A DNA stretch of 56,167 nt, the filler included, from Basidiobolus ranarum (Eukaryota): assembly GCA_040143965.1 (NCBI GenBank). It is 4 parts of 4 records of this genome, joined end to end, with 100 filler letters (N's around TTAATTAATTAA, not from the genome) between each part and the next. Parts side by side here need not be neighbours in the genome. Positions count along the whole stretch, not along the records: positions 28,167 to 42,118 come from JASJQH010007325.1; positions 42,219 to 56,167 come from JASJQH010007326.1; 2 more parts are not named here. The stretch is one strand, 5' to 3'. Numbering within the stretch: position 1 is the stretch's first letter; each line of letters starts with the position of its first letter. Positions 39,407-51,326 of this stretch are shown piece after piece. The translations under genes and the position numbers were made by a program. Below the pieces are notes generated by a model. It made no database searches and was not told the origin of the DNA. It saw only the letters and a program-made list of their open reading frames with translations.

Positions 39407-40996
39407 ATGAGTTTTAAATTGAACCCAGCTTCCGGTATAGATGCCAATAAGACCGTGCTTAGAAACCTCCCTGTAGCTAAACTCTACGAGCACGCACTCC
39501 ACTACGAGAATGGAACTTTCCTCAGTTCAGCTGGAGCTATTATCACTTCCTCCGGTAAAAAGACTGGTAGAAGCCCTAACGATAAGCGTATCGTTGAAGA
39601 GAAGTCTACCAGTGGAGATATCTGGTGGGGTCCGGTGAATATCCCCTTGGAAGAACGCTCGTTCAACATCAACCACGAGAGAGCCATTGATTATTTGAAC
39701 ACTCGTGAGCGTCTCTATGTATTGGACGGATACGCCGGTTGGGACCCAAAGTATCGCATCAAGGTCCGGGTCATCTGTGCTCGTGCTTATCACGCTCTCT
39801 TCATGCGCAACATGCTAATCCGCCCCACTAGAGAAGAGCTTGAAAACTTTGGAGAGCCAGATTTCACCATCTACAACGCTGGTCAGTTCCCAGCCAACAA
39901 ATATACTTCGGGAATGACCAGCACCACTTCCGTAGCCATTAGTTTCGAGCGTAAAGAATTCGTCATCCTCGGCACTGAGTATGCTGGCGAGATGAAGAAG
40001 GGAGTGTTCACCATCATGCACTACCTCATGCCTAAAGCTGGAGTTCTTTCACTTCATTCCAGCGCCAATGAAGGCCCCGATGGTGATGTATCATTGTTCT
40101 TCGGTCTATCTGGTACAGGCAAGACAACCCTCTCTGCTGATCCCAGTCGAGCTCTCATTGGTGACGATGAGCACTGCTGGACTGATACAGGGGTGTTCAA
40201 TATCGAAGGAGGATGTTATGCCAAGTGTATCGACCTCTCCGCCGAGAAGGAGCCAGAGATCTTCAATGCTATTCGATTCGGCTCAGTACTGGAGAATGTC
40301 ATCTTTGATCAAGCCAGTAGAGTGGTTGACTATGCTGACTCTTCTCTGACTGAAAATACCCGTTGTGCCTACCCTATTGAGTACATTCCCAACGCCAAGA
40401 TTCCTTGTGTTGGTGGCCACCCAAAGAATATTGTTCTTTTGACATGTGATGCCTTCGGTGTATTACCACCAGTGGCCAAGTTGACTTCAGCCCAGGCCAT
40501 GTACCATTTCATCTCTGGTTATACAGCAAAGATTGCTGGTACCGAGGAAGGAGTCACTGAACCACAAGCGACCTTTTCAGCATGCTTCGGTCAGCCTTTC
40601 CTTGTCTGGCATCCAGTGAAGTATGCATCCATGCTTGCGGAGAAGATGCAGGAGCACAACACAAATGTGTGGTTGGTCAACACCGGATGGAATGGAGGTG
40701 CCTATGGGGTTGGATCTCGAATCTCACTCAAGTATTCACGTGCTATCATCGATGCTATTCACAATGGTGAGCTTGCACATGCAGAGTTTGAGAACTACCC
40801 TATTTTCAACATTGAGATTCCCAAGAATGTCAGCAATGTGCCAAGTGAAGTGTTGAATCCCTCAACAGCTTGGACAGGCACCAAGGAGACATACGTTGCT
40901 ACAGTTGAGAAGCTAGCTGGCCTCTTCAATGAGAACTTCCAGCTGTATGCCGATCAAGCTACACCTGAAATCGTTAACGCTGGGCCTAAACTGTAA
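39407..40996 (+). CDS. PCK1: Phosphoenolpyruvate carboxykinase (ATP), intronless, 529 aa
   Basis: [27 protein letters not shown] (P-loop), [26 protein letters not shown] and FSACFG. Confidence 0.98.
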   Translation: MSFKLNPASGIDANKTVLRNLPVAKLYEHALHYENGTFLSSAGAIITSSGKKTGRSPNDKRIVEEKSTSGDIWWGPVNIPLEERSFNINHERAIDYLNTRERLYVLDGYAGWDPKYRIKVRVICARAYHALFMRNMLIRPTREELENFGEPDFTIYNAGQFPANKYTSGMTSTTSVAISFERKEFVILGTEYAGEMKKGVFTIMHYLMPKAGVLSLHSSANEGPDGDVSLFFGLSGTGKTTLSADPSRALIGDDEHCWTDTGVFNIEGGCYAKCIDLSAEKEPEIFNAIRFGSVLENVIFDQASRVVDYADSSLTENTRCAYPIEYIPNAKIPCVGGHPKNIVLLTCDAFGVLPPVAKLTSAQAMYHFISGYTAKIAGTEEGVTEPQATFSACFGQPFLVWHPVKYASMLAEKMQEHNTNVWLVNTGWNGGAYGVGSRISLKYSRAIIDAIHNGELAHAEFENYPIFNIEIPKNVSNVPSEVLNPSTAWTGTKETYVATVEKLAGLFNENFQLYADQATPEIVNAGPKL

Positions 40997-41941
40997 AAAT
41001 ATTACTAAATATAAATATATTATCTGCATCCTCACTAAATATTCTCCGTTGCTTCTCAACCACCTACACAATAAGTATATATTATTTAACTATTCGATAT
41101 ACATCATCATTACTAATATTTTCACCATTGAAATAAGATAAGCTCGTTTGTTGCTGGTGAGCGAAAGTTAGTTCTGGAGCATAGTTTGTGTTATCGACAG
41201 ATGGGCCTATAAAAGCAATGTTGTTTCACCATGTGTAAATGGTGATGATGAGATTTTCCGCTATTATATATATATGACATTTATAATTCTGTACAGTGAA
41301 GTCTACTCACAATAAATTTCAGAATATTAAGAACAAGTCGAACTCATGGTGGTATGACAAAATAGAGCAGAGAAAGATGAAAAAATCTAATCAATATGAT
41401 AGGATCTTACCATCACGTGGTAAATTAAAGAATTTCTAGTAACAATTATACTTCAGCATTCCCTACTTGAATTAATGTAACTTAGAATGAGAGAAGCCTA
41501 AACAAAACTAAGTTTAGCCATTGGTATATAACACAAATCTTTATACGTAGAACAAACACAAGGTTATGGTCGTATGAAATCCATTCTCAATTTGATTAGC
41601 ATGGGAGGAACGAACTGAAACACGGGAAACTTCGGAATAGCTTTCTTTATCCCAGGAAAACTAAATAATTAAAAATAATCGGGATCTTTATTCGTATACC
41701 CCCATTGAACTGAATTGTTTCACGATAAACAGACAAGCCGATGGTGTCGGAATTTCTCAAAAACAACTTCTATTCACAAACAAGGCACTGACATCTATGT
41801 TACACGTACTACTGTCAATCCTATTCAAGTATATGTCTGAGACAAAATAGACAACACTAAATTATAGAATCGTGGACATATAAAAGAATGGCAAGATAGC
41901 TCGACATAATTAACTCATTTTCGATAGAACATACTACAATA

Positions 41942-42118
41942 ATGTCCTTTACTCTAAATTCCAATTCTGGCATAGATGTCAGTAAGACCGTGCTTAGGAA
42001 CCTCCCGGTAGCTAAACTCTACGAGCACGCACTCCACTACGAGAATGGAACTTTCCTCAGTTCAGCTGGAGCTATTATCACTTCCTCCGGTAAAAAGACT
42101 GGTAGAAGCCCTAACGAT
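41942..42118 (+). CDS. PCK1: Second PCK1 copy, 5' fragment only (truncated by spacer)
   Basis: [31 protein letters not shown]...KTGRSPND. 42008-42118 is identical to 39473-39583. Confidence 0.88.
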
Positions 42119-42218
42119 NNNNNNNNNNNNNNNNNNNNNNNNNNNNNNNNNNNNNNNNNNNNTTAATTAATTAANNNNNNNNNNNNNNNNNNNNNNNNNN
42201 NNNNNNNNNNNNNNNNNN
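42119..42218. other. Artificial contig spacer
   Basis: 44 N + TTAATTAATTAA + 44 N. Confidence 0.97.
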
Positions 42219-42456
42219 GACCTGCAAAATCTACATGGGCAACTATTCCATCGAGCATGTAAGTAACCGTCTCAAAACCGCGATGTGGGTGATCGGGAAA
42301 TCCAGCAGGTGGGTCCACCATAAATTCATCTAGCATTAAGAAAGGATCAAAGTTTTTGAGTGCACTAGTGCCAATACTCCTTCTAACTTTAGCGCCATTT
42401 CCTTCCGGCTTAGTTATAGCTTCGACTGTGCTGGTGATATATCTTTGAATGCTCAT
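42219..42456 (-). CDS. Pirin-family (bicupin) protein, 5' part (truncated by spacer)
   Basis: EGNGAKVRRSIG, DPFLMLDEF and GFPDHPHRGFETVTYML pirin signature. Confidence 0.93.
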
Positions 42457-42769
42457 AACTCCAATTGATTTTGTTGAAAATTGAAAACGTACTTAATAAA
42501 ATTCTGTATTCGACCAAACGATATTTATATCTTTTTGACTCGGAAAAATAACCCAATTTGGGACATTTGTCGTATACTAATCCCCATAGGCCGGAAAAAT
42601 CAGCAACTAATCCGGCAAAAACATACAAATACATATAATATATCCGAGATGGTGTTTAACTTGAATATTACCAATATTTAATATTGATCTAACCTACAAG
42701 ATCCTTACAAAGGGGCAAAACCACTACTCATCTAGTTAAGGGGGGATACAGTAATTGGAAGATGAATGA

Positions 42770-44933
42770 CTACTTTTTCTTTTCGTTAGTGGTATTAGTA
42801 GTGGATGAGTTAGTACTACTGGTGGAGGTCGACATAGCTGAAGTTTTAAAGGAGATAATGTTGATCTTTTCCGAGATGATATCATTTTCTCCCAGCTAGA
42901 AGAGCAAGCATAATGGATAAGTATCGATGTATTCAGGGGAAATAAAAAGGTAAAAACCGATACTTACTCTAATATTTCCGACAGTTTCAGCATATAAATA
43001 ATGTTTGTCAATTTCTGGATGGACCTTCTTGGCAAACTCACGTACGGTAGTACCTGGACGCACCAATATACAATCTCTGAATACACCGCCCTGCTTACCT
43101 GGCCTAATAAAGAGAACAAATAGCAATTGGTTAGTAGTGGACAAGAAATTGCTTCGACAATATAAACTTACTGTCCATTGGAGAAACTAGATAAGTTTCG
43201 AACAGGATAAACCGGTATCACTCCTAAAGTTTCAACAGCGCGACTAATAACCTCTTCAACACCAGTAGAGCCATATCGAAACAGAACCAAATCTACAATC
43301 GAAATGGTGTTACAGAGGGGAACACAAGATACTACATAATATCGACAGAATTGTACCTTGAATCTTCTCCAAGCGACTAGTTTCCATGATTAACAAAAAG
43401 AACATCAGTAATCAGTGATAGCTTTGGGATGTCGTATATTTACTTACCTCTGAATCTTCTCGTCTAATGGCTTAAGTCCTGAATCAGGCTAAAAAGGAGC
43501 AAATCGATGAGCTGCTAAGAAAAGATTGACACTTTCAGGAGATACTTACATCATCTTCTAGGGTAATAAATTCGTCGGTTCCCTCCTTGTATTTGATATA
43601 TCCTTGCTTGTCCATCCTTCGGAGGAAGCATTCTGAGACGGCGCTAGTGAGTACTAACATGTTCTAAAATCAAGAGAATGAATGAGTTTGAAATTGACTT
43701 GGCGAGCACCTACATACCACACTTACCTCATCATATTTACGCATGATTTTGGCGATATTCTTATCGGAATCTGGAAGATCAATCTTGTTCAACGCAACTA
43801 TGGTAGGGAAACGAACATCTAAGAAAGCATCCACCACCTTGTGTAAAGTATCTTCGTCCCACTTCTCGACTGACTCTTTCAAGCCCAAACGATCCATGAA
43901 CTTTGCAACAATCGCCTGAGTGGCACCGTAACCTTGTAACAATGTGAGCAGCAGAAATATAAACACAGTATACAATCCGCTACATACCACTGAACTGGTT
44001 GTGAAGCGTCTCAATAATATTGGATTCTAAGCGCAGGAGAGTAAGAATGGTGAGTATGAGGTATCCGGTGTTGACTGGTATCCATAGATGAATGCTTACT
44101 AGTTGCTGTATGGCGTCTTACAATACCCGACCATTTCTTATTCAAGTTGTTAAAGATCCACCTAATCAATGTTGATGTGAGTAAACGAGTCAGATATAAT
44201 TGATACATGCGGTTTGTGCACGCGTCGATTTGATTTCAAAAAACTCACTCGTGAATCTCGCTATGTAACCAATCGATATCATTGATTGGGTTGTATCCAG
44301 TGGTTTCTTTTCCACTTTCATCGGTAGTTCCACTGACATCAACCACATGAACTAATACATCGGCAGAACGAAGATCATCCAAGAATTGGTTTCCTAAACC
44401 CTAACAGAATTCGTAACATATCAATTTCCCTGAACACCGAGACAGTCCGTTTAAAAGTTCAAAAGAATTACTTGTCCGTGTGAAGCGCCAGGTACCAAAC
44501 CGGCAACATCCATGATACTAATAGGAACATATCTTGTTCCAGCAATGCATCTACCTATGAGAAGTAGATTTGAAGGTGAGTAAAAGCAATATTGAGTGAA
44601 GTGAGTCTATTTCACTGTCAGAAGTAAACTGAAGTACCATAACGTGGTTGACAAACATCTTGTTTCCCATGTTTGACACAAGGACATTGGATTGGATAGT
44701 AAGCAACACCATGGTTAGGTCTAATGGTGGTAAATGGGTAATTTCCGACCTTCGCTACTGCGTCAGTTACTTTTAAGGAAGGTTAATTTTGAAACTATAT
44801 GGTTTATTGGGCAGAAGTGAAATATATCTGGTATTTTTGATAACGGTGAGTTGAGATTCTTACCGGCATTTAAAAAAGAAGATTTCCCTGCGGAGGGTTT
44901 ACCAACACAAGCGAGCACGAAATCCGAGGACAT
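42770..44933 (-). CDS. OBG/YchF-related GTP-binding protein (yeast YGR210C-like), about 13 exons
   Basis: [31 protein letters not shown]...[36 protein letters not shown] and [16 protein letters not shown] at 42772-42770. Confidence 0.92.
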
Positions 44934-45694
44934 GATATGAATAGAGAGATATCTACGTGCTTGTTGTATTCACTCTCCAACTAACCATCATATTACCTTC
45001 ATGTAAATCAATCATCTGAAGCTGCGAAAAAAAATCCATCCAAAATAAGTGGATTTACTTAATTTGCTATTTAATTAAAATGACTAAAATTGTGGATAGG
45101 ATGTCCGTTACTGAGCGTAGCCAAATACTCGGAAATAGAATCCAACTTGAAGTATTTTCTTCGTGTGACTTGTAATGGCCCGATAGAGAAATCTCGGGTT
45201 TGTCGCATCAACCACCATTGCTCATTGCCCCAGCTCCGAAAAGCTAGTTGCAAACTCGTTGAAGTAGGGTAGTAGAGGGTGCTATTCTAGCCAGTAATAG
45301 CTCGCTTAGGCAACAGAGAGGCTAGGTGATAGGGAAGAGATTAGTTGCCATGTAGCACCTGAACCTGGTGCTTTATGCTTTCCTTGACTGCACAACATTG
45401 CGAAAGAGATTTATATAATACAAAGTGACTAATATACGCTTGCCTTAAAATTGTCCAACATTATAGCTATCTTTGGCAACTTGTTGAGTCTAATTTAAGA
45501 ATTACTATCCCATTCAATATTCTTCAATTACAAGACTAGAGTAAGATCATATTCATATGCTTTCATTGGTATTTAATTAATTAAGCTTCTTTTTATATCT
45601 TGCCCCATATTTCGGTCACTCCTCACTCACTCTTCTCTCACAGTTCTACCTTAGTCTTTCTTTCTTTTCTTCAACTAGTTTCACTTTCTTGAAG

Positions 45695-47329
45695 ATGACT
45701 GGTCTGAGATTTAGCGAACCCGAGCGTAGGAACGAAAATGATCCTTTACTACCTATCACTGGAAGCTCTACCCGTTATGGTCCTAGTGAGGATGGGATTC
45801 CAAGTATGGGAAGAATCACACCTTTGAAGCGTAACAAAACTGTAGTTGAGAAGAGCATTCAAGCCAACAATCTCATTGACAAATTCACCCAAGCTGCTAA
45901 GAATGGTCAAAGCTCCACTGGAGGTGTATTATTCAATCTTTTGAAATTGAACGCCAAAAGAAAGGCTGCTGCTAGAGGCAAGAAGGAGAAGGCAACCTCC
46001 AGCTTAGAAGGTTTACTTGATAAAGTTGAGGATATCTCTGCCAGTTCAGATGATGAATCTATCACCGACAGTCAATTAGAAGCGAGAGCTGAAGCAACCG
46101 CTTATATCGCTGATATCCTGTTGAGACAGGATTATTTAATCCTTCTATCCAAAGCCATGGTAGTCTTTGGTTCACCCGCACATCGTCTTGAGGACAACAT
46201 GAGCCGTGCTTCTGCGGCATTAAAGGTTCAATCTTCTTTCGCTTTCTTGCCAGGTGTTATCATGATCTCATATGGTGATGAACAGACTCACACAAGTGAA
46301 ACGCACATCATCAAAGTAGATCGTGGATACAACATGTACAAATTAGATCAAGTAAATACCATATCTAAAGAAGTAATATATGGTCAAATCAAGGTCGAGG
46401 ATGCTTATGAGTCGTTGGAGAAAGTCATGGAATCCAAGGCTTTATTCCCCTGGTGGTGTGATATCATTGTCTTTGGTGTTTCCTCCGCCCTTATTGCCCC
46501 ACTAGCCTTCCAAGGTGGTTGGAACGAAGCCATCGTGAGTGGTATTCTAGGTACCATTGTTGGAGTTCTTAACTACTTTTCACAAAAGCTCTTCAACTAT
46601 GCCAATGTGTTTGAGATCTCGGCCGCGGTATTGACTTCCATGGTAGCCACTCACCTTCGTCACACAATTTGTTATCAGTCAGTCATCATGTCATCTGTGT
46701 CCATGTTACTCCCCGGTTTAGGACTCACAACGTCAGTGATGGAGCTTGCCTCACGTAATTTGATTTCCGGAGTAGTACGCTTAGTATATGCTCTAGTGAT
46801 GGCCTTCATGTTAGGCTTTGGATTATCGTTTGGTTCACAAGTGATTACCCCCAATGTTGACGATGACAAATTGGCCACATGCGATCCGGTCCCCGAGGTC
46901 TGGACATTCATTTTACTACCTGTCATATCGATATTCTACTGCATCAACCTCCAAGCTCACCCACGTCAATGGCCCATGATGATTATCTTATCCTGCACCG
47001 GATTCGCTATTTCTCAATATACATCACAAATCTACAGCGCCACTGCCTCCGCTGCATTCTCATCATTCTGTCTTGGTTTATTCGGTAATCTTTATTCGCG
47101 CATAACCCATGCTCCAGGATTCTCTGCTACCTTATGCGGAATCATGTTACTCGTTCCTGGAGGTTTAGGAGTTCGTGCTGTATATGAAGCATTTGGGGAT
47201 AATGGTAATGGCACTGCTCTTGCCTTTGAAATGATAGTTATTGCGTTAAGTATCTCAGTGGGTCTATTCATCAGTACACTATTAGTATACCCCACAGGTA
47301 AGAAGAGAACTGCCTTGTTGACCTTCTAA
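45695..47329 (+). CDS. PRM10/ThrE-like (DUF1212) multi-pass membrane protein, paralog 1, intronless
   Basis: KAMVVFGSPAHRLE, TSETH, LLPG...ELASRNLISGVVR and LLVPGGLG; about ten hydrophobic segments. First ATG at 45695. Confidence 0.9.
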   Translation: MTGLRFSEPERRNENDPLLPITGSSTRYGPSEDGIPSMGRITPLKRNKTVVEKSIQANNLIDKFTQAAKNGQSSTGGVLFNLLKLNAKRKAAARGKKEKATSSLEGLLDKVEDISASSDDESITDSQLEARAEATAYIADILLRQDYLILLSKAMVVFGSPAHRLEDNMSRASAALKVQSSFAFLPGVIMISYGDEQTHTSETHIIKVDRGYNMYKLDQVNTISKEVIYGQIKVEDAYESLEKVMESKALFPWWCDIIVFGVSSALIAPLAFQGGWNEAIVSGILGTIVGVLNYFSQKLFNYANVFEISAAVLTSMVATHLRHTICYQSVIMSSVSMLLPGLGLTTSVMELASRNLISGVVRLVYALVMAFMLGFGLSFGSQVITPNVDDDKLATCDPVPEVWTFILLPVISIFYCINLQAHPRQWPMMIILSCTGFAISQYTSQIYSATASAAFSSFCLGLFGNLYSRITHAPGFSATLCGIMLLVPGGLGVRAVYEAFGDNGNGTALAFEMIVIALSISVGLFISTLLVYPTGKKRTALLTF

Positions 47330-48425
47330 ATTGCATGATTCATTCACCACAATATACATATATATCCCAAATATGTTCGTCTCTTGATATATTGTATAAA
47401 TTAATAAATATCCACCATTGTTGTTAAGTATCATTTTAATCTAGTATTGCTGGTAAAAAGAAGAGTATGGTATTCAGTCCCCAATCCTTCAATATATCTG
47501 GTGTGTAAAATGAATTTTGTTCGTTACTTTCCTTAAATCTTTTATATATGATAATTTCAAGAACAGTAAGAAAGTGAATCAAGTATTTCGTAGTTTTGTT
47601 GTTTCTATTAGGTAGCTTTATCATACATTGAATTGGCACTATATAATACCAGCAAATAGCCGTACCAATATAGTTAATACCAGTAAATATATATGCTAAT
47701 CTAGGTAATACCTGTAACTAGATATTCCAATCTAGTTGAAGAGATTTGTTGAAACATACTAGTCATCTCACCTAAATACACTACTACAACATGAACAACA
47801 TAGCATCAAGATATAGAAATTGAATTGGATCGGAACTATCCAAAGTTCCCATGTACTAGAACGATATGAAAATGTGCTTGTGCCATGTAACATCCAATTG
47901 TGCCACCAAAATTCATACTTCCGAATATAGCAACTAACCAAATTCAATCAAAACCAGTTTAGCCGAATTTAGCACCTTTGTTGCGGCATGAACGTATGAC
48001 TACTCAACCGACCATCTAGAGCCTTTATGACTACCATATTGTAGTTTGTGAAGAGAAATTCCTTATCTGTAATAACGGTTGAGGAAGATGAACTGTTAAC
48101 CCTGGACTGACCGTGGTTATATTGGATGGAGACTTTTCATGGGTATTCCCATAATAAGAAATCAAAAGAATTCCCGATTTACAACCACTTGACATTGGAT
48201 TTGTCGGCTATAATTAGATTTAGTGATCGTAAACATTCATGAACTTGATTATTCCGGATTTGAAGAAACTTTTATATGTTACAATTGACAATTGAAATAT
48301 TGATCTACTAGCGATTCAATAGATCACAGTACACATAGATATACATTATATGAGGGATAGGAACAAGTGAAAGTCCCGATTTCTGTCAAAGAAATTCTAG
48401 GGACACATAGAGCTAGAGATCCACC

Positions 48426-50123
48426 TTAGAACATCATCATGGCCGTTCTTCTCTTACCAAATGGATAGACGAGTAAACTAGCCACAAACAGACCAACAGC
48501 AATACTCATAGCAACCACAATCATCTGGAATGCGAGAGTGGCACCAGAGTTATCTCCACCCTCGTCAAAAAGTGCAAGGAATCCTTTGACTCCCATGCTA
48601 CCTGGCACCAACAACATCGTGGCACTTAAAACTGCGGCAAATCCGAACCTATGAGTGATTCGGGTATATACATTCCCTAGGAAGGCGATAACAAAGGCTG
48701 AGATAGCAGCACTAACCTCGGCACCAAGATGGGCCGATGTAAAGTAACTCACCACAAATCCAACAATACATAAGATCAATATCGGAGGCCATTGACGGAA
48801 AGTAGCGTTCAAAAAGACACAATAGTTTATGGCAAGAAGAGGTAAAAGTAAGAAATTCCACCAAGCACTAATCCCGTGATCGATTGAAGTAATCTCCTGA
48901 CCATCTAGTGCCTTCCAGATGCTAGAGCCAATATTCAACCCAAACCCAAGCATAAAGGCGCTCACTAAGGCGAATACCAATCTCACCACACCAGAGATCA
49001 AATTCTTGGAGCCAAGTTCGATCACTGAAGTAGTCAACGATAAACCAGGTAAAAGCAGCGTAACACCTGACAGCATAACCGATGTGTAGTTTGCCTTGCT
49101 ATGAAGTGCAGTGGCAATGAAAGAACATACGATAGCAGCGGTAATTTCAAATACATTTGAATAGTTGAATATTTTGGAAGCAAGAATATTCAAACAACCA
49201 ACACAAAAGCCGAGAGCACCGCTGACCAATGCATCGATCCAATTGCCATTGAAAGCCAATGGACAGATGAGAAAAGAACACAGGCAGTAGTTGAGGATTT
49301 GAACCCACCATGAATAAGCTGGCTGCTCCTCCATTATATCTTCTAAAAGTTCGTAAGCAACTTCCACTAGTAATTCACCGTAGATTACTTGGCGAGAGAT
49401 TTCGTATGTTCGTTCTAGCTTATCCATATTATATCCTCGATCGGCTTTAAGAATGTGTGTATCGCTAGTATGTGTATCAGAATCACCAAAAGAGATAAAC
49501 GCCACACCAGGAAGAAAAGAGAATGATGTGTCGATATTCAAGGCGTTCGACGCTAGTGACATATTATATTCGAGACGATGAGCTGGAGAGCCAAAGGAGA
49601 CCATAGCCTTTGACAAAACCATGAGATAATCCTGCTTCAACAATAGATCAGCAATGTTGGCTGTGATGTTCATTTGCTCCTCCAGAGCATATGAAGAAAG
49701 CTCATCATCAGCGAAGCTACTTCTGTTTGAAGTCGAAATAGGCAGAGTTGCACCAGAGTAGCTTCGATTATTTTTGAATGCATCTCTAGGATTGGGTGTG
49801 GAGTAACCGGACTTACTCTGTTGACCTCCTTTGATCATGCTGAGTTTAAGCAATTGGGTCAAGATACCACCGCCGGATTCTGCTTTGAAGCGATTTTTGT
49901 GGTTTGTGGTAAATTTGTCCACCATTTCTTTGGCCTCGATACTCTTTTGGACCAAGGTTTTGTTACGTTGTAAAGGTTTGACATCTTCTTGGTCAGGGAT
50001 ATCTAAAGAGTGAGAGGAAGAGGAATCTTTCTCGGTCATTTCGTCGACCTTAGTATCCGTAGAGGAATCGTTATCGTCTTCAACCACGGCGAATGTGATT
50101 TTTTTTGGTTCTGAATTGCTCAT
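48426..50123 (-). CDS. PRM10/ThrE-like (DUF1212) membrane protein, paralog 2, intronless
   Basis: KAMVSFGSPAHRLE, TSDTH, LLPG...ELGSKNLISGVVR and LLVPGSMG. The C-terminus VYPFGKRRTAMMMF parallels VYPTGKKRTALLTF of paralog 1. Confidence 0.9.
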   Translation of the reverse strand: MSNSEPKKITFAVVEDDNDSSTDTKVDEMTEKDSSSSHSLDIPDQEDVKPLQRNKTLVQKSIEAKEMVDKFTTNHKNRFKAESGGGILTQLLKLSMIKGGQQSKSGYSTPNPRDAFKNNRSYSGATLPISTSNRSSFADDELSSYALEEQMNITANIADLLLKQDYLMVLSKAMVSFGSPAHRLEYNMSLASNALNIDTSFSFLPGVAFISFGDSDTHTSDTHILKADRGYNMDKLERTYEISRQVIYGELLVEVAYELLEDIMEEQPAYSWWVQILNYCLCSFLICPLAFNGNWIDALVSGALGFCVGCLNILASKIFNYSNVFEITAAIVCSFIATALHSKANYTSVMLSGVTLLLPGLSLTTSVIELGSKNLISGVVRLVFALVSAFMLGFGLNIGSSIWKALDGQEITSIDHGISAWWNFLLLPLLAINYCVFLNATFRQWPPILILCIVGFVVSYFTSAHLGAEVSAAISAFVIAFLGNVYTRITHRFGFAAVLSATMLLVPGSMGVKGFLALFDEGGDNSGATLAFQMIVVAMSIAVGLFVASLLVYPFGKRRTAMMMF

Positions 50124-51326
50124 ATTGGGCTTGTGTATTGATTTCGACAGTGACTGTAGTAGTTTTAATATTTAAAGAAGGAGAGAAAGTCGGACACAAG
50201 TGTTTGTGGAGCTCATAGTGAAGTTTATATAGGTTTGGTGCATTCTCACGTCCATGTTTCCAATTAGATGTGGGATGATTTAATAAGGATCACTGGAATG
50301 TATTTAGAGTAATCGATAAGGGATCGCATACCTCAATCTTTGGTAGAGAGATGTAAGCTAAAGCTATATATAACTATGGATTCTCTAATCCAATGGCACT
50401 AGCCCCCACTCGGACTGCTGGCACCTTAAGCTCTTGCTTCTCAACGCAATATCTAATTTAAGAAACCCCAACGGTCCCGGCTTCGGTAACCTAAAGAGAG
50501 GCCTCAATGAAGATTTCTCCCAATACTGATTATGATCCTCGAATGATCTCTTCGTATTTTGTCAGCAACTCGTCTAATTTTAATAAAACGATTGAGTCAA
50601 CAAATAATTAGGTCTCGGTGGGTGATAGACGACCATGATGATTTCAGACAAGTTCAAGATCACAATGAAAGGATTGAAGAGATTGTAGCCTAAGGGTTAC
50701 ACGAAGGGTTACACGAACAACCTAGTCGATTGTTTTTTCGATCTTGTCACTGCTTGTTTAACCGAATTCATGAAAGATTGATTAAACCTGCAAATTGATT
50801 TGAAAATGCCTTTTGAGTGAGTACCCAGGCCTGTACCCAATCTTTAGTGGGAGGATTTGCACCAAAATGAGTTAAATGGCTCCAGATTGGTTCGCTAATA
50901 TACAAGATGGTTTGTGGAAGTGCTTTTACTAACATTATTTCAACATCAGTAGGGTTCTTAAAATATATCAAGTAATGCTAGGATAGGGTACTTTAGTGCA
51001 TGATTAGAGGAGGGTTAGTCCCTTCTATTTGTGTGTTCTTACCACGTTTCGTACCTCAGATCGTAATTTTTATTTGTTCTTTTCGGCCATCATTAAAATC
51101 CTGTTTGAAAAATATCCTCTTTCAAGAATATTATCAGAACTCCCAATCTGGTTACTGATCATAAGAAAGTCCATGATTGTTCAAAGGATCAAGTGCTGTA
51201 ACTTTCCTAATTATACCAGGGGCATCAAATGTGTTAAAGAGAATCACCATGATGTTTATTGATTGAAGATATGAAACAATCGAGAGGGAAATGATATGTA
51301 CAACAGGTTGAGTACTGAGTCGATGC

